In this document: positions 42,403 to 51,295 of the stretch, piece after piece | Numbering within the stretch: the first letter of the stretch is position 1 | How the letters are laid out: every line of letters begins with the position of its first letter | Origin: an uncultured delta proteobacterium | GTDB lineage: Bacteria; Myxococcota_A; Polyangia; Polyangiales; Polyangiaceae | Assembly: GCA_963716725.1 (NCBI GenBank) | Contig: CAVQUB010000032.1 | Coordinates: forward strand, 1-64,000 | DNA: 64,000 nt | Reading direction: 5' to 3' | Position numbers and translations under genes: made by a program | Notes under the pieces: model-generated | What the model was told of the DNA's origin: nothing | The model's database searches: none | Seen by the model: only the letters and a program-made list of their open reading frames with translations

Positions 42403-45400
42403 GCGCTGGGCACGAGCCGCCCGTCGAGCCGGGACCGTCGTCGTACGGACCGGAGTCGGCGCGGCGACGCGATGCGATCGCGACCAAGAAGGATGGACCC
42501 CTCGCCTGGATGGCGAAGAACCCGGTGGCGTCCAACCTGCTGATGCTGCTCTTGATCGTCGGCGGTCTGCTGACGGTGCCGCGGGTCAGACAAGAGGTCT
42601 TTCCGGAGTTCGAGCTCGATCTCGTGTTGATCAACGTGCCCTATCCGGGGGCGAGCCCGGCCGAAGTGGAGCAGGGCGTGATCCTCGCCGTCGAGGAAGC
42701 GGTTCGTGGAGTCGACGGCGTCAAGGAAGTGCGCTCGACCGCCTCGGAGAGCGCCGGCACGGTCGTGATCGAGCTCTTGCTGGGGGCCAGCCCGGATCGA
42801 GCGCTGGCCGACGTGAAGAGCGCCGTCGATCGCATCACGAGCTTTCCGAAGGACGCCGAACGACCGGTGGTGAGCCTCGCGCAGTCGCGCCGACAGGTCA
42901 TCTCCGTGATGGTCAGCGGCGACGTGAGCGAGAAAGCCCTGCGCGACGTGGCAGAGCGCGTCCGGGACGATCTGCTCGATTCGCGCGCCGTGACCATCGT
43001 GCAGCTGGCTGGCGTGCGGCCGCTCGAGGTCAGCGTCGAGGTCCCGCGCGCCGAGTTGCGCCGCTACGGGCTCACCATCGATCAAGTGGCGCAGCGAGTC
43101 TCGGCGGCTTCAGTGGAGGTGCCGGGTGGCGGCGTGAAGACTCCGGGCGGAGAGATCCTGCTGCGGACCGCCGAGCGCCGCGATCGTGCCCAGGAGTTCG
43201 CGGACGTCGTCGTGTTGTCCCGACCCGACGGCAGCGAGGTGCGAATCGGCGACCTCGCACGGGTCGAAGACGGCTTTCGCGAGACCGACCAGGAGGCCTT
43301 CTTCAACGGCAAGCGCGCGGCCATGGTCAACGTGTACCGGGTCGGCGACGAGAAGCCGCTGGAGATCTCCGCGCTCGTCAAGCGCTACGTCGAAGATCAC
43401 CGGAGCGCGCTCCCTCCGGGCGTGGACTTGTCCATCTGGTCGGACAGCTCCGAGATCTATGCCGACCGCGTGGACCTACTCAGGCGGAACGCGAACTTCG
43501 GGTTGATCCTGGTGTTCGTGGCCTTGGCGTTGTTCTTGGAATTGCGCCTGGCGATCTGGGTCACCATGGGCATCCCGATTTCGGTAATCGGCTCGATGCT
43601 GCTGATGCCGGCGTGGGACGCGTCGATCAACATGATCTCGCTGTTTGCGTTCATCGTCACCCTCGGCATCGTCGTGGACGACGCCATCGTGGTGGGCGAG
43701 GCCATCCACACCAAGCGACAGCAGGGAATGAGCCCCTCTGAGGCCGCCATCGCAGGCGTGCGCGAGGTGGCGATGCCGGTGGTGTCCGCGGTGCTAACCA
43801 CGATCTTTGCCTTCGCCCCCATGCTCTTCGTGCCGGGACCCGCCGGGAAGTTCTTCCGGCTGATCCCCATCGTGGTCATCGCGGTGCTGCTGATCTCTCT
43901 CGTCGAGTCGCTGCTGGTCCTGCCCGCCCACCTCGCTCACCGTGGCTTCGGCATCTTGGTGGTGACCGCTGCCATCGCCGCGGCGCTGATCCTCGGCATG
44001 CCCCACGGGCTGAGCTGGGCCATCGTGGTGGGCCTGGCCAGTCTCGCCATCGGCGGCGTCGTGCTCTTGGCCGCCCAGCGCCTGGCCTCTGGTCGAGCCT
44101 TTCGTTTTATCGAGCACCAGCAGCAGCGCTTCAGTCGCCTGGTCGAGTGGATGATCGGTCACACCTACGTGCCGGTGGTCCGCCGAGCACTTCAGCGTCG
44201 CTACCTCACCGCCTGCATCGGCGCCGCCATCCTTCTGGGGTCCATCGGGCTGGTGGCCGGTGGTCGCCTCAATTTCACCTTCATGCCCAAGGTCGACAGC
44301 GATGTGGTCGTGGCGGGTCTCGAGATGCCATTCGGGACTTCGGTGTCGGACACGCGGGGGGTGGGCAAGCGCATCTTGACCGCGGCCGAGCAGGTCATGG
44401 CTGAGTTGGGAGGAGGCGCGGTGGTATCCCGGGGTATTTTCTCGCAGGTCGGCGACTCGGGATCCATGGCCGGTGGGCCGAGCGCCGCGGTGAAGGCTGC
44501 GGGCGGCAGTCACTTGGCGGAGGTTGCGGTCTTCCTCGTTCCGCTGGGCGAGAGGAAGTTCTCGTCCACGGAGTTTGCGCGGCGCTGGCGCGAGAAGATC
44601 GGCGACGTCGCGGGGGCGCGCACTCTCAAATTCGGCTTCAGCACCGGACCGAGTGCGGGCGCCGCGGTGGACGTGGCCTTGGCCCACCGCGACATTCGCG
44701 TGCTCGAAGCGGCATCCGCGCAGCTCTCGGGAAAGCTCGCCGAGTACTCGGGCGTCTACGACATCGACAACGGGTTCGCGTCCGGAAAAGAACAGCTCGA
44801 TCTGCGACTCAAGCCCAGCGCTCGGGTGCTGGGCCTCACTGAAGCCGAGCTCGCGCGGCAAACTCGGGCGGCCTTCTACGGCAGCGAGGCGGTCCGTCAA
44901 CAGCGCGGCCGCGACGAGCTGAGGGTGTACGTACGTCTGCCCAAGAGCGAACGCTCCAGCGAGCACGACATCGAGCGCCTGATGATCCGCACGCCGCAGG
45001 GCGGAGAGATCCCGTTGACCGAGGCGGCCGAGATCGTCCGCGGACGTGCTTATACCACCGTCACACGGCAAGACGGGAGACGGGTGGTGCGAGTGACCGC
45101 CGAGGTCGACGACGCCGTGACCAACGCCAACAAGGTGGTCGGCGACATCCGCAAAGACGTGCTGCCTGGACTCCTCGCCGAATACGATGGCCTGACCTAC
45201 TCCCTCGAAGGCGAGCAGAAGGCGCAGGGCGAGACCATGGGCGCCCTGGGCAGAGGCTTTGGCTTCGCGCTCCTCGGGATCTTCGGGCTCTTGGCCATCA
45301 CCTTCCGCAGCTACATCCAACCGATCATCATCATGGGTGTCATTCCATTCGGCTTGGTCGGCGCCATGTGGGGTCACGTGGTGCTCGGCTACGACCTCTC

Positions 45401-45797
45401 ACTCATGAGCATGATGGGCGTCGTCGCGCTCTCGGGCGTGGTTGTGAACGATTCGCTGGTGATGATCGACGCGGTGAACACCTTCCGCAAAGAAGGCATG
45501 TCGCGGCGCGAGGCCTTGGTCGCGGCGGGGGCTCGCCGTTTTCGCCCCATCATCCTGACGTCGCTCACCACCTTCTTCGGCCTGATGCCCATGATCCTCG
45601 AGACCAGCATGCAGGCCCGCTTCCTGATCCCGATGGCCATCAGCCTGGGCATCGGCGTCATGTTTGCGACCTTCGTGACTTTGTTGATGGTGCCTGCGGC
45701 CTACGCCATCGTCGACGACGCCACGGCCGCCTGGGCACGCGTCAAGGCGTTCTTCGGGGGCGATCCCAGCGATGAGGCGCCGGTCGCGGGGGAGTGA
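42399..45797 (+). CDS. RND efflux permease
   Basis: NPVASNLLM, YPGASPAEVE, GIVVDDAIVVGE, GVVVNDS, RFRPIILTSLTT. Confidence 0.95.
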   Translation: MSAGHEPPVEPGPSSYGPESARRRDAIATKKDGPLAWMAKNPVASNLLMLLLIVGGLLTVPRVRQEVFPEFELDLVLINVPYPGASPAEVEQGVILAVEEAVRGVDGVKEVRSTASESAGTVVIELLLGASPDRALADVKSAVDRITSFPKDAERPVVSLAQSRRQVISVMVSGDVSEKALRDVAERVRDDLLDSRAVTIVQLAGVRPLEVSVEVPRAELRRYGLTIDQVAQRVSAASVEVPGGGVKTPGGEILLRTAERRDRAQEFADVVVLSRPDGSEVRIGDLARVEDGFRETDQEAFFNGKRAAMVNVYRVGDEKPLEISALVKRYVEDHRSALPPGVDLSIWSDSSEIYADRVDLLRRNANFGLILVFVALALFLELRLAIWVTMGIPISVIGSMLLMPAWDASINMISLFAFIVTLGIVVDDAIVVGEAIHTKRQQGMSPSEAAIAGVREVAMPVVSAVLTTIFAFAPMLFVPGPAGKFFRLIPIVVIAVLLISLVESLLVLPAHLAHRGFGILVVTAAIAAALILGMPHGLSWAIVVGLASLAIGGVVLLAAQRLASGRAFRFIEHQQQRFSRLVEWMIGHTYVPVVRRALQRRYLTACIGAAILLGSIGLVAGGRLNFTFMPKVDSDVVVAGLEMPFGTSVSDTRGVGKRILTAAEQVMAELGGGAVVSRGIFSQVGDSGSMAGGPSAAVKAAGGSHLAEVAVFLVPLGERKFSSTEFARRWREKIGDVAGARTLKFGFSTGPSAGAAVDVALAHRDIRVLEAASAQLSGKLAEYSGVYDIDNGFASGKEQLDLRLKPSARVLGLTEAELARQTRAAFYGSEAVRQQRGRDELRVYVRLPKSERSSEHDIERLMIRTPQGGEIPLTEAAEIVRGRAYTTVTRQDGRRVVRVTAEVDDAVTNANKVVGDIRKDVLPGLLAEYDGLTYSLEGEQKAQGETMGALGRGFGFALLGIFGLLAITFRSYIQPIIIMGVIPFGLVGAMWGHVVLGYDLSLMSMMGVVALSGVVVNDSLVMIDAVNTFRKEGMSRREALVAAGARRFRPIILTSLTTFFGLMPMILETSMQARFLIPMAISLGIGVMFATFVTLLMVPAAYAIVDDATAAWARVKAFFGGDPSDEAPVAGE

Positions 45798-45806
45798 GCT
45801 GGCTGG

Positions 45807-46577
45807 CTACCGGCAGACCGCCGCGAGGTCGATCTCGTAGTGCCCCGCGAAGTCGACGCAGTCGCCGGCGCTCACCCGCGCATCGAGTCGGATCTTGCCG
45901 TCCGCGGCCTGTTCGACGTGCAGCAGGCAGGACCCGCACCAGAGCCAGGGGCAGTCGCCGGGCGCACATTCGTGCATCATCGTCGCGACCGTGCACTCGG
46001 CTTCGTCGAGGCGGCTCACTACGCCGCTCGCATCGAAGGAGGCGCACACGGTCGCTCGTGCCGACGGCAGGTGCGCTTCGAGCAGCAGACCGCGTCCGGT
46101 CGTGGAGGAAGGCGCCGGCGTCGGGCCCTGGCACTGAGCGGATGCTTCACTGAGGCGGTACGTTCCCCCGAACATGTTGCACTCGCTCGAGCGAGGCCGG
46201 CCCTCGAGCATCCACGGCCCGCTCGCTGGCGTGTCCAGTCGCATCAGACAGCCGCCGCAGTTGCTCCAGGCGCCGCAGTCCTCATGGCAGAACGCGCCCG
46301 CTTCGACCTCTGAACAACGGGTGTCGTCGATGGCCGCGACCCGGCCGTCGCGGATCGAGACGCAGGTTTGGTCTCGCGCGGAGGTCGAGAACGCCGAGGT
46401 GAGGGTCCCGATCATGGCGAAGTTTTCGCGCGCCGGCGGGCCGTGCTGTGGCCCCGCAGGGGAGTGTTCGGGTCTTCGCGGCGAGTCTGACTCGTGCGGC
46501 TCGGGAGCTCCGCTGCACCCCGCGACCGCGATGAGAATGCCCAGCGCCACTCGTCGATGCCCAACCATAGCCTCCAC
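45807..46577 (-). CDS. Lipoprotein with two tandem 8-Cys domains
   Basis: IAVAG-C lipobox; two segments share Cys spacing, CGxCL and FxGxY; exact start codon uncertain. Confidence 0.7.
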   Translation of the reverse strand: MEAMVGHRRVALGILIAVAGCSGAPEPHESDSPRRPEHSPAGPQHGPPARENFAMIGTLTSAFSTSARDQTCVSIRDGRVAAIDDTRCSEVEAGAFCHEDCGAWSNCGGCLMRLDTPASGPWMLEGRPRSSECNMFGGTYRLSEASAQCQGPTPAPSSTTGRGLLLEAHLPSARATVCASFDASGVVSRLDEAECTVATMMHECAPGDCPWLWCGSCLLHVEQAADGKIRLDARVSAGDCVDFAGHYEIDLAAVCR

Positions 46578-46700
46578 CCCTTTCCATCGTCTCTCGACGA
46601 GGACCCTCTGGTGGACTCCTAGCGGACGGCGTCGGCGCGGTCGATGGTCATTTCTTCTGGAAAATGGTGCCTATGAGCCTCGGCTCGCACGCCGGCGCGA

Positions 46701-47651
46701 TCAGAACCGCCCGTACACGCCGACCTGTCTTGGTCCGACGTAGGGCGTCACACGGCGAGCGCCCGCCTTGCTTTCGACCTCGCTCTTGCCGCCGGTGAGC
46801 AGCAGCACCGCGCCCGCGCCAATGCCGACGGCGCCGACGATGAAGCCAACGGTCGCGATGCCGGCCTGCGTCTTGCCCTTGTCGTACAGGTCCTGCTGGT
46901 CATCGCCGCAGACGCCGTTCTTGCACTTCGAGTCGAGCTCGCTCTTCGTCGACTTGGCCTGCAGCCCCATGAACGTGCCGACTCCGACACCCACCACGCC
47001 GACGCCGAGCGCCACGTAGGCGAGGGTCTTGCTGCCACCGCTCTTTTTGGGCGAGTCCCCGGGTGCACCTTCGGAGTCCGCGGGCGCCGACGTCGGCAGC
47101 TCGGTCATCAGGACCGAGAGGTTCTTCCTGTCTTTCTCCGCCAGCTCGATGGTCTCAGTGTACGGCTTCATGCCTTCCGCTTCGGCGCGCACCTCGTGCT
47201 TGCCCGGGTTCGCGGGGACCGCTCCGCCGAGCGCGTCCTTGGACAACTCCTGGCCGTTGAGCTTCACGGTGCCGTCGAACCCCTGGGGCAGATCGAAGGT
47301 GATGGTTGGAGTTCGCTTCTCGAGACTAGCGAGTTGTTTCTTGGCCTTCGCGCGCTGGACGCCGCCGAGCTTCTTGACGGCGAGAGCCACCTTCAAGTGC
47401 TCCGAGGCCTCGACGAAGTGGCCCAGCTTCTCCTCGATGGCCGCCAGTCGGAGTCGCGTTCCCGGTTTGTCTTCGAGCTCGAGCGCCTTCTCGTAGGCGC
47501 TCTTGGCTTCGTCGAGGTTGCCCTGCTTCTCCGCCTTCTGGCCCTCCTTTTCGGCTTGCTTCGCAGTCGGAGCGCCCTTGGCGAGGGCGGCCCCGGGCAA
47601 GGTCACGATTGCGGAGGCCAACACACATGACAGGAGCAGCGGGCGCAGCAT
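46701..47651 (-). CDS. TPR plus PEGA-like domain exported protein (myxobacterial type)
   Basis: Signal peptide; TPR-like helices; NPGKHEVRAEAEG; Gly-rich hydrophobic hairpin; terminal VGVYGRF. Confidence 0.8.
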   Translation of the reverse strand: MLRPLLLSCVLASAIVTLPGAALAKGAPTAKQAEKEGQKAEKQGNLDEAKSAYEKALELEDKPGTRLRLAAIEEKLGHFVEASEHLKVALAVKKLGGVQRAKAKKQLASLEKRTPTITFDLPQGFDGTVKLNGQELSKDALGGAVPANPGKHEVRAEAEGMKPYTETIELAEKDRKNLSVLMTELPTSAPADSEGAPGDSPKKSGGSKTLAYVALGVGVVGVGVGTFMGLQAKSTKSELDSKCKNGVCGDDQQDLYDKGKTQAGIATVGFIVGAVGIGAGAVLLLTGGKSEVESKAGARRVTPYVGPRQVGVYGRF

Positions 47652-47818
47652 TGCCCGAGTTTCGCCGAATTCGCGCCCGCGGGGAACGGTCCTTGTCGTG
47701 TGTTCAGCCTGGGCAGACGTTCGCGCCGACGGATGCGCAGTGATTTTCTGTTCACTCCCGGGATCGGCTCTGGTACGGAGGATGCGCCGCTTCTCCGGGA
47801 AGCGAGGAGGAACACGCT

Positions 47819-50377
47819 GTGAGATCGAAGAAGCGCGGCTCTCGAGCTGCCGGCGCTGTGCGCACGCGCAGGCTGAACGCAATGTCGGTGGCAGGCAAGA
47901 AGCCCGTTGCGAAGCGGAAGCCCGTCGCAACGAAGAAGCCCGTGGCGAAGCGCAAGCCCGTCGCAACGAAGAGGCCCGTCGCGAAGCGGAAGCCCGTTGC
48001 AACGAAGAAGCCCGTCGCGAAGCGGAAGCCCGTCGCGAAGCGGAAGCCCGTCGCAACGAAGAGGCCCGTCGCGAAGCGGAAGCCCGTTGCAACGAAGAAG
48101 CCCGTCGCGAAGCGGAAGCCCGTTGCAACGAAGAAGCCCGTTGCAACGAAGAAGCCCGTCGCGAAGCGGAAGCCGGTTGCAACGAAGAAGCCCGTTGCGA
48201 AGCGGAAGCCCGTCGCAACGAAGAAGCCCGTTGCGAAGCGGAAGCCCGTCGCAACGAAGAAGCCCGTTGCAACGAAGAAGCCCGTCGCGAAGCGGAAGCC
48301 CGTCGCGAAGCGGAAGCCGGTTGCAACGAAGAAGCCCGTCGCGACGAAGAAGCCCGTTGCGACGAAGAAGCCCCTCGCGGGCCCTCCGGCTCGACCCGAG
48401 GCCGCGCCAGCTGTCGGCTATCCCGAGTCCGCCGCGAGCCAGGTACTCCAAGCCGCGGACTCGCACTCCGCAGCGCCGCTCGTGGGAGGAGGCGGCAAGC
48501 TCGCCGTGCGAGTGGGTCGGCTGCCGCCCCGCGGCGAGGCTGTCGGCGCGACCCCCCGGAACAGCGCGCGGCCGGCGATGGCCGCGCCCGCGAGCCGAGC
48601 GCCCGCGAGCCAAGCGCCCGCGAGCCAAGCGCCCGCGAGCCAAGCGCCCGCGAGCCAAGCGCCCGCGGTTACGCCGCCGCCGCCGCGTCCCGCGTTCGAC
48701 GACGCCTCCTGGCAGCGCGTCGAAGACGTCGCGCGCGAGCTCGACCTTTCAGAGCTCAGCGGCGATCAGCGCAAGGCCATTCGCGCCGCGCTCGAAGGCC
48801 GCGACGCGGTGGTCTCGATGCCATCGGGGCTCCCGCGTGCGGCGTGCTTCGTGATCCCGTCGCGGCTCCTCATGCAGCCGGTGCTGGTCGTGGGACCGCG
48901 CCCGGCGATCCTGCGAGAGTTGCACGACCGATTGAGCCAGCGCCGAGTTCCGGCCATTCGCTACGACTCGAGCCTCACTGATAGCGCGAATCGCCAGGCT
49001 CTGGACCGCATCGCTGCGGGTGGCCCCCTGGTGGTCTTGACGACCGCCACCGCGCTCATCCAAGACGAGGCACTCCGCGCGCTCTCGCGCTCCGGAGTTG
49101 CGTTGATCGCTGTCGACGACGCGCAGGTTGCGACCGCGGCCACGGACGAGTTCAACCCCGCGACCACCGACCTGAGCCGGGTGTTCGACCGCCTCGGTCG
49201 GCCCCCGGTCATGGCCTTGATGGGGGCTGCGGCGCCGGCGGCGCGGCACGAAGTCGTCGACGCGCTCGCGCTCCGGTCTCCCGTCCACGTCGAGGCGCCG
49301 CTGCTACGCAAGAACGTCGTGCTCGACGTGCTCGACCTGCGCGGGGAGGCTCGGCAGAGGGCGTTGGTGCAGTTGGTGATGTCCCTGCGCAGACCCGGGG
49401 TGATCTTTGCGCCGACGGCCCGGGAAGTGGACTCGATCTACGGATCCCTCACGGCTTTGCGCTTGCCGGTGCACCGCTACCACCCGCACATGCCGCCGGG
49501 CGACCGCGTCGGAGAGCAGCTCAACTTCGTGCTGCCCGGACGCCGCTCGATCATGGTGGCGACCAGCGCATTCGGTACGGCGTCTGGGCTGGTCGGAGTC
49601 GGGGAGGCAGCGCTTCTCGACAAGGCGCCACAAGATTTCGGCTTGTGCTTCGAGAAGCGAGATCTGCGATTTGTGCTGCATTGGTCCGCGCCGGCATCTC
49701 TCGAGCAGTACCTGCGCGAGATCAGCTTGGCAGGGCGCGACGGCGAAGAGAGCACCTGCGTGCTCTTCCACGATGGCAGCGATCGCGCGCGACACGAGGC
49801 GCTCCTGGCCCAGTCGCGGATCCCGTCGCGGCACCTGACCCACCTGGCCAAGGCGCTCGAGGTGGCGGCCATCGATGGGCGTCCGCGCACGCTCGAGTCG
49901 CTGGCCTTGTCGAGCGGGCTCAGTCGCAAGTTGACCGAGATCCTAGCGGCAGTCCTGGACGATGCCCGCCTGGTGAACGTGGATCAGGGGTGGCTGCGCG
50001 TCGTGGTCCCGGCGCCGGCGCTCGCGGCGGGGGCGCAGCGACTGGCGTCGCGCCTAGACCGGCTCCGCAGTCAGGACGGAAAGCGTCTCACGGCGATCAG
50101 CAACTACGTCGACACCGTGGGTTGCCGGGTCGCCGCACTGTCTCGCTATTTCGGCGACCTCGGTGCACCGGCCTGCGGACGCTGTGGGGGCTGCAAGGGC
50201 AGCTTGGTTCCCGGATTCGACGGCGATGCGGCCCTCGAAGGTGGGCACACGCGGCGGACGGCTGCGGAGGCTTTCAGTCTCGGCGGCGCCGAAGCGTTCG
50301 GCATGGGCGTTGCCGAGCCGTGCCAAGGGGCTCGCCCACTCACCGTGAAGATCGCCGACTTCCGGCGCGGACGCTGA
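47819..50377 (+). CDS. RecQ-like pseudo-helicase with N-terminal Lys/Arg-rich histone-like repeat region
   Basis: GAGGAGG SD 8 nt before the GTG; RecQ-like layout (QRKAIRAALEGRDAVVSMP, VATSAFG, RFVLHW, AGRDG, C...YFG...CGRCGGC) with degenerate Walker A and B. Confidence 0.85.
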   Translation: MRSKKRGSRAAGAVRTRRLNAMSVAGKKPVAKRKPVATKKPVAKRKPVATKRPVAKRKPVATKKPVAKRKPVAKRKPVATKRPVAKRKPVATKKPVAKRKPVATKKPVATKKPVAKRKPVATKKPVAKRKPVATKKPVAKRKPVATKKPVATKKPVAKRKPVAKRKPVATKKPVATKKPVATKKPLAGPPARPEAAPAVGYPESAASQVLQAADSHSAAPLVGGGGKLAVRVGRLPPRGEAVGATPRNSARPAMAAPASRAPASQAPASQAPASQAPASQAPAVTPPPPRPAFDDASWQRVEDVARELDLSELSGDQRKAIRAALEGRDAVVSMPSGLPRAACFVIPSRLLMQPVLVVGPRPAILRELHDRLSQRRVPAIRYDSSLTDSANRQALDRIAAGGPLVVLTTATALIQDEALRALSRSGVALIAVDDAQVATAATDEFNPATTDLSRVFDRLGRPPVMALMGAAAPAARHEVVDALALRSPVHVEAPLLRKNVVLDVLDLRGEARQRALVQLVMSLRRPGVIFAPTAREVDSIYGSLTALRLPVHRYHPHMPPGDRVGEQLNFVLPGRRSIMVATSAFGTASGLVGVGEAALLDKAPQDFGLCFEKRDLRFVLHWSAPASLEQYLREISLAGRDGEESTCVLFHDGSDRARHEALLAQSRIPSRHLTHLAKALEVAAIDGRPRTLESLALSSGLSRKLTEILAAVLDDARLVNVDQGWLRVVVPAPALAAGAQRLASRLDRLRSQDGKRLTAISNYVDTVGCRVAALSRYFGDLGAPACGRCGGCKGSLVPGFDGDAALEGGHTRRTAAEAFSLGGAEAFGMGVAEPCQGARPLTVKIADFRRGR
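47897..48382 (+). repeat. 18-bp coding tandem repeat, 26 units plus one degenerate, encoding [KR][KR]PVA[KT]
   Basis: Units such as AAGAAGCCCGTYGCGAAG and CGGAAGCCCGTYGCAACG read directly, with no spacers. Confidence 0.97.
48584..48667 (+). repeat. 15-bp coding tandem repeat, 5 units plus partial, encoding APAS[RQ]
   Basis: GCGCCCGCGAGCCRA repeated head to tail. Confidence 0.95.
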
Positions 50378-50383
50378 CTCCTC

Positions 50384-51232
50384 TCAGGGTTCGCCGTCGA
50401 TCAGCGAGCCGTAGCCTTCGCGGAACGTTGGGTACGCCAGGGCGTAGCCCGTGCGACGGAGTCGGCTGTTCGAACACCGCTTGTGTCCGCCTCCGCGACG
50501 AGGGCTCTCTCCGGATCCCTCCACCGCGCGAGGGAGCGCTGCGCCGAGGCGCTCTGCAATCCAGACCATCACGTCGCGACGCGGCGCCGGCTCGTCGTCG
50601 ACGCCAAGGTAGATCGACTCCGGCGCTGAGACTCCAATCAGGTGAGCCAGCGCTCCCGCGCAGTCGTCCCGATGAAAGCGGTTGACGTAGCGCACGTCGC
50701 CTTCGTTCCAGGTCGCCTGCCCGCTCCGCGCTCCGGCCACCAGGCTCGCGCGACCCGGGCCGTAGATCCCGCCCAATCGCAGAATCACTCCGTCCGGGCG
50801 GCGCGCGAGCAACAGCGCCTCGGCCTCGAGCAGGGTGGCTCCGGAAAAGTGGCTGGCCGTTGCCGGTGAGGTCTCATCGACCCACGAGCCGTCGGTCTGG
50901 GCGTAGACAGCGGTGCTCGACGTGAAGAGCACGCGATCCGCTCGATCGCCGAGCGCGTCCAGCACGCTCGTCAGCGCATCGATGTAGGTTCGGCGATACG
51001 CTTCGGGGCGGCTCTCGCCCGGGCCAGCGCAGAAGATCAGCGCATCGAACTTTCCGCCCAGTGCTCGCAGCGCCGAGCGGTCGAGGAGATCCGCCGCGAT
51101 GCCTCTGACGCCGCGCGGCAGCCCGCCGGGGGAGCGGCGCACTGCCGAGACTTCGACCCCACGCCCGGCACAAAGCTCGCCGAGCCGCGCGCCGACGTAT
51201 CCGGCGCCCGCGATCAGGATCCGCTGGGCCAG
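50384..51232 (-). CDS. NAD-dependent epimerase/SDR (YeeZ-like), probable CTG start
   Basis: The in-frame Rossmann motif RILIAGAGYVG lies upstream of the first GTG; FTSSTAVY, LRLGGIYGPGR, YPTFREG. Confidence 0.85.
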   Translation of the reverse strand: MAQRILIAGAGYVGARLGELCAGRGVEVSAVRRSPGGLPRGVRGIAADLLDRSALRALGGKFDALIFCAGPGESRPEAYRRTYIDALTSVLDALGDRADRVLFTSSTAVYAQTDGSWVDETSPATASHFSGATLLEAEALLLARRPDGVILRLGGIYGPGRASLVAGARSGQATWNEGDVRYVNRFHRDDCAGALAHLIGVSAPESIYLGVDDEPAPRRDVMVWIAERLGAALPRAVEGSGESPRRGGGHKRCSNSRLRRTGYALAYPTFREGYGSLIDGEP

Positions 51233-51295
51233 GGTGTCCGTCCTTTCGATACCTGTCCGCCGCCGCGTGCGGTGTATGCTCCGCAGTGCTCGAGC

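Noticed and set aside
47897..48382. Possible CRISPR array or non-coding repeat locus
   Set aside because: Units are head-to-tail 18-mers with no unique spacers, lie in frame within a CDS, and no cas genes are present.
47907..48854. Alternative-frame SR/protamine-like ORF (QRRSPSRSGSP repeats) and the antisense repeat ORFs
   Set aside because: Stop-free by-products of the repeat; the Lys-rich frame has the SD, variation mainly at its third codon positions, and continuity with the RecQ-like domain.
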